From Elainellaceae cyanobacterium (GTDB lineage: Bacteria; Cyanobacteriota; Cyanobacteriia; CAZCXK01), in the NCBI GenBank assembly GCA_051117555.1, contig JBNPEG010000116.1:1-21322 (forward strand): 21,322 nucleotides of DNA, read 5' to 3'. The translations under genes and the position numbers were made by a program. Below are positions 18,408-21,322 of this stretch, piece by piece (the stretch's first letter is position 1; each line of letters begins with the position of its first letter). The notes under the pieces were generated by a model. The model did not search any database. It had not been told where the DNA came from and saw only the letters and a list, made by a program, of their open reading frames with translations.

Positions 18408-19781
18408 ATGACTCAATCGCTCACTATTCACCCAGAAGACTATGCCCTGTTAACCGACCTCTATGAGCTGACAATGGCGGCTTGCTATGTCGGGGAAGGG
18501 CTCGAAAACCGACGCGCTAGCTTCGAGCTATTTGTGCGAAGTTTGCCCGACGAGTTTGGCTATCTGATTGCAATGGGATTAGAGCAGGCTCTCGATTATC
18601 TGGAGAAATTTCGCTTTTACCCCGAGCAAATTGAGGCTCTAAAAGCAACGGGCATGTTTGATCATGTGCCTGATCAGTTTTGGGCGACGTTGGCTGAGGC
18701 TCGATTTACGGGCGATGTGTGGGCAGTACCAGAGGGAACGGCAGTCTTCGCCAATGAACCGCTATTGCGAGTCGACGCTCCATTTTGGCAGGCACAGGTT
18801 GTCGAAACCTATTTACTCAATACCCTTAATTATCAAACCCTGATTGCGACCCGGGCAGCCCGACTGCGAGATGTGGCTGGAGCCGATGCCAAACTTTTAG
18901 AATTTGGCACGCGTCGAGCATTTAGCCCGCAAGGGTCGATTTGGGCAGCTCGAGCCGCGATCGCCGGCGGATTGAATTCGACCTCAAATGTATTGGCAGC
19001 CGTGCAACTGGGGCAAAAACCCAGCGGCACAATGGCGCATTCCCTAGTGATGGCGATTTCAGCCCTTCGAGGCCATGAAGACGCGGCCTTTACTGCCTTT
19101 CATCGATATTTCCCTGGCGCGGCGCTGCTGATTGACACCTATGACACCCTCGACGCGGCGAAGCGACTCGCTGAAAAGGCTAATGCTGGCGAGATGCAGG
19201 TCGATGCGGTGCGGCTTGATTCGGGCGACTTGGCAGCCTTGTCAAAGCAGGTGCGATCGCTCTTGCCCGACACCACAATTTTTGCAAGCGGCGATTTAGA
19301 TGAACGTGAGATTGCGCGTTTAAGAGATGCGAATGCCGAAATCGATGGGTACGGGATTGGCACCAAATTAGTCACGGGTAATCCCGTAAACGGGGTCTAT
19401 AAGCTCGTTGAAATTGATGACATTCCTACAATGAAGGCATCGAGCAGTAAGGTGACCTATCCAGGACGCAAACAGATTTTCCGACGCGTGGACTCAAATG
19501 GGCGGTTAGAGGGCGATCGCCTCGGTTTAATCACCGAAGCTCCTGAAAATACCGAGCAGCCTGTCATGCATCTCGTTATTAAGCAAGGCGAACGGGTATA
19601 TCCCACCGACGATCTCACGGCGATCGCCCAGCGAACCGCATCGTCGGTAGCGAGTCTACCCACGTCTGTCCGCAATATTCGGTCTCCCCAGCCATTAACG
19701 CCTAGTATTTCATCCGAGTTGGACGAATTGACCAAACGCACACAACAAAAAATCGATACAACCTATACTGAGCAAAATTAG
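18408..19781 (+). CDS. pncB: Nicotinate phosphoribosyltransferase
   Basis: LLTDLYELTM, VPEGT.VFANEP, EFGTRRA, STSNV, GTMAHS (phospho-His), LIDTYD, VRLDSGD, ASGDLDE, GIGTKL, VYKLVE, K.TYPGRKQ. Start probably 18408 (AAGGGA upstream); alternative 18378. Confidence 0.93.
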   Translation: MTQSLTIHPEDYALLTDLYELTMAACYVGEGLENRRASFELFVRSLPDEFGYLIAMGLEQALDYLEKFRFYPEQIEALKATGMFDHVPDQFWATLAEARFTGDVWAVPEGTAVFANEPLLRVDAPFWQAQVVETYLLNTLNYQTLIATRAARLRDVAGADAKLLEFGTRRAFSPQGSIWAARAAIAGGLNSTSNVLAAVQLGQKPSGTMAHSLVMAISALRGHEDAAFTAFHRYFPGAALLIDTYDTLDAAKRLAEKANAGEMQVDAVRLDSGDLAALSKQVRSLLPDTTIFASGDLDEREIARLRDANAEIDGYGIGTKLVTGNPVNGVYKLVEIDDIPTMKASSSKVTYPGRKQIFRRVDSNGRLEGDRLGLITEAPENTEQPVMHLVIKQGERVYPTDDLTAIAQRTASSVASLPTSVRNIRSPQPLTPSISSELDELTKRTQQKIDTTYTEQN

Positions 19782-19910
19782 GAATTACAGATACACCGTG
19801 TCGATGAGCGGCGAATGGCCAACAGCGTTACTCCGTAGTGAGACATTCGTCATTCAAGCGAACCTCCCGTCCTCGATTCTCTATAAGTATTTCCCCTTAC
19901 CCTTTGACTC

Positions 19911-20516
19911 ATGCGTATGATTCAAATCGCTCTCTTCGGAACTAGTGCTGATCCGCCCACTGCCGCCCATCAACAGATTTTGAACTGGCTGTCGTATCAC
20001 TTTGATGACGTTGCGGTTTGGGCCTCTGATAATCCATTCAAGTCTCACCAAACGCCGTTAGAACATCGAGCGGCAATGCTGCAACTGCTGACCTCTGACA
20101 TTGATCCTCCCCGTGAAAATATTCGCCTGCGCCAAGAGCTGAGCAGCCCGCGCGCGCTAACGACGGTTCAAAAGGCGCGCGAGCACTGGCCTGATGCTGA
20201 GCTCACTCTCACGATTGGGTCAGATTTGATTGATCAACTCCCTCGCTGGTATCGAGTCAAGGAACTCTTCAAGCAGGTTAAGCTACTGATAATCCCTAGG
20301 CCAGGGTATTCCATCGAAGAGTCTGATTTAGGGCAACTACGACACATGGGTGCTACCGTGGCGATCGCGGACATAACCGGTCTTCCAGTATCCTCAACCG
20401 CGTATCGTGAAGAAGGAGACCCTGAAACATTGATTCCTCCTATCGAGGCATACATTCATCGAGAACAGCTATACGAATGTCAGGACGAGTCCAGAAAAAG
20501 CCTGCCGACTCGGTAG
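19911..20516 (+). CDS. nadD: Nicotinate-nucleotide adenylyltransferase
   Basis: IALFGTSADPPTAAH (HxGH-like), NPFK, IGSDL...L.RWY, PRPGY, VSST. Located in an NAD salvage cluster. Alternative start 19917. Confidence 0.9.
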   Translation: MRMIQIALFGTSADPPTAAHQQILNWLSYHFDDVAVWASDNPFKSHQTPLEHRAAMLQLLTSDIDPPRENIRLRQELSSPRALTTVQKAREHWPDAELTLTIGSDLIDQLPRWYRVKELFKQVKLLIIPRPGYSIEESDLGQLRHMGATVAIADITGLPVSSTAYREEGDPETLIPPIEAYIHREQLYECQDESRKSLPTR

Positions 20517-21223
20517 ACCATCGAGTTTTGGCTGACTTTAAAGTCGGTGTCGACAACGTGATCTTCTCAGTTGATACCGACCAAAATCGCCTTTTGGTGT
20601 TGTTGGTGATGCGGCAAGATCCGCCGTTTATCGGACAATGGAGCCTTCCGGGTACTCTCGTCCGCACTGGAGAATCACTAAAAGACACAGCATATCGTGT
20701 ATTGTCAGAAAAAATTCGCGCCGAAAATCTCTATCTCGAACAGCTTTATACGTTTGGAGGACCGGGGCGTGATCCTGGTGAGTCAGACGATAATGATGAT
20801 ATTCGTTATGTGTCAGTCAGCTATTTTGCGCTGGTTCGCTATGCCGAAGCAGAACTCATTGCTGATGGGGTTAGCGGTATTGCTTGGTATTCTATGGAGC
20901 GAGTCCCCCCGCTGGCGTTTGACCACAATGAAATTCTGGAATACGGATACCAGCGCCTTCGCAACAAGCTAGAGTATAGCCCGATTGCCTTTAAGGTATT
21001 GCCTGAGATGTTTACGCTGAGCGATCTTTACCAGCTTTATACGATCGTCCTGGGTGAAAATTTTTCAGATTATTCTAACTTTCGAGCGCGACTATTAAAG
21101 CTCGGATTTCTATCCGATACAGGCATTAAAGCGTCTAGAGGCGCAGGGCGACCTGCTAGTTTATATCGATTTGACGCTGAAGCATTTGCTCCATTAAAGG
21201 ACAAACCGTTGGTATTTATTTGA
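20477..21223 (+). CDS. nrtR: Nudix-related transcriptional regulator of NAD metabolism
   Basis: Nudix-fold N-terminus with a degenerate Nudix box (WSLPGTLV..GESL), LEQLYTFG...RDP, LAFDH; C-terminal wHTH with FTL..L..LY, NFR, GRPA.LY.F. Confidence 0.92.
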   Translation: MSGRVQKKPADSVDHRVLADFKVGVDNVIFSVDTDQNRLLVLLVMRQDPPFIGQWSLPGTLVRTGESLKDTAYRVLSEKIRAENLYLEQLYTFGGPGRDPGESDDNDDIRYVSVSYFALVRYAEAELIADGVSGIAWYSMERVPPLAFDHNEILEYGYQRLRNKLEYSPIAFKVLPEMFTLSDLYQLYTIVLGENFSDYSNFRARLLKLGFLSDTGIKASRGAGRPASLYRFDAEAFAPLKDKPLVFI

Positions 21224-21322
21224 TCGAGATTCATTCGAATTTTTCTAGTTTTTGAACGTTTAGCCCCACACTAATGCACGTAAACAAGCGGCGATGAGTG
21301 ATAGAGTTCAGCCTAGATCCTT

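Larger units (their letters stand above)
440..20368. repeat. HIP1 octamer GCGATCGC dispersed throughout the window
   Basis: About 30 copies counted by eye (e.g. 440, 614, 5103, 10201, 14101, 16323, 20361), against about 0.3 expected by chance in 21 kb. Hallmark of many cyanobacterial genomes. Confidence 0.95.

Overview
Cyanobacterial chromosomal window, judged by roughly 30 HIP1 octamers (GCGATCGC, counted by eye) and the gene set. It is mostly core genome. In order: a JAB/Mov34 peptidase plus a MoeB/MoeZ-type E1-rhodanese gene; asd-dapA-rnj on the minus strand; tig-clpP-clpX; an alpha/beta hydrolase; a ChaN-like lipoprotein; a small hypothetical protein; an MFS transporter; tRNA-Arg(ACG); moaC; a DUF29 protein and a soluble COG3044-type ABC-ATPase on the minus strand; and, divergent from these, an NAD-salvage operon pncB-nadD-nrtR. 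The most interesting signal is a pair of near-identical NrtR-like operator sites in the divergent intergenic region, one beside the ABC-ATPase start. This suggests the uncharacterised ABC-ATPase/DUF29 unit belongs to an ADP-ribose-sensing NAD regulon. Other signals are three copies of a MITE-like repeat (one with nested mini-hairpins), a hairpin-dense candidate structured RNA between moeB and rnj, tandem duplications upstream of clpP and a perfect 32-bp palindrome next to the tRNA. I saw no CRISPR array, transposase, integrase or prophage. All calls come from motif recognition only; no database searches were run.
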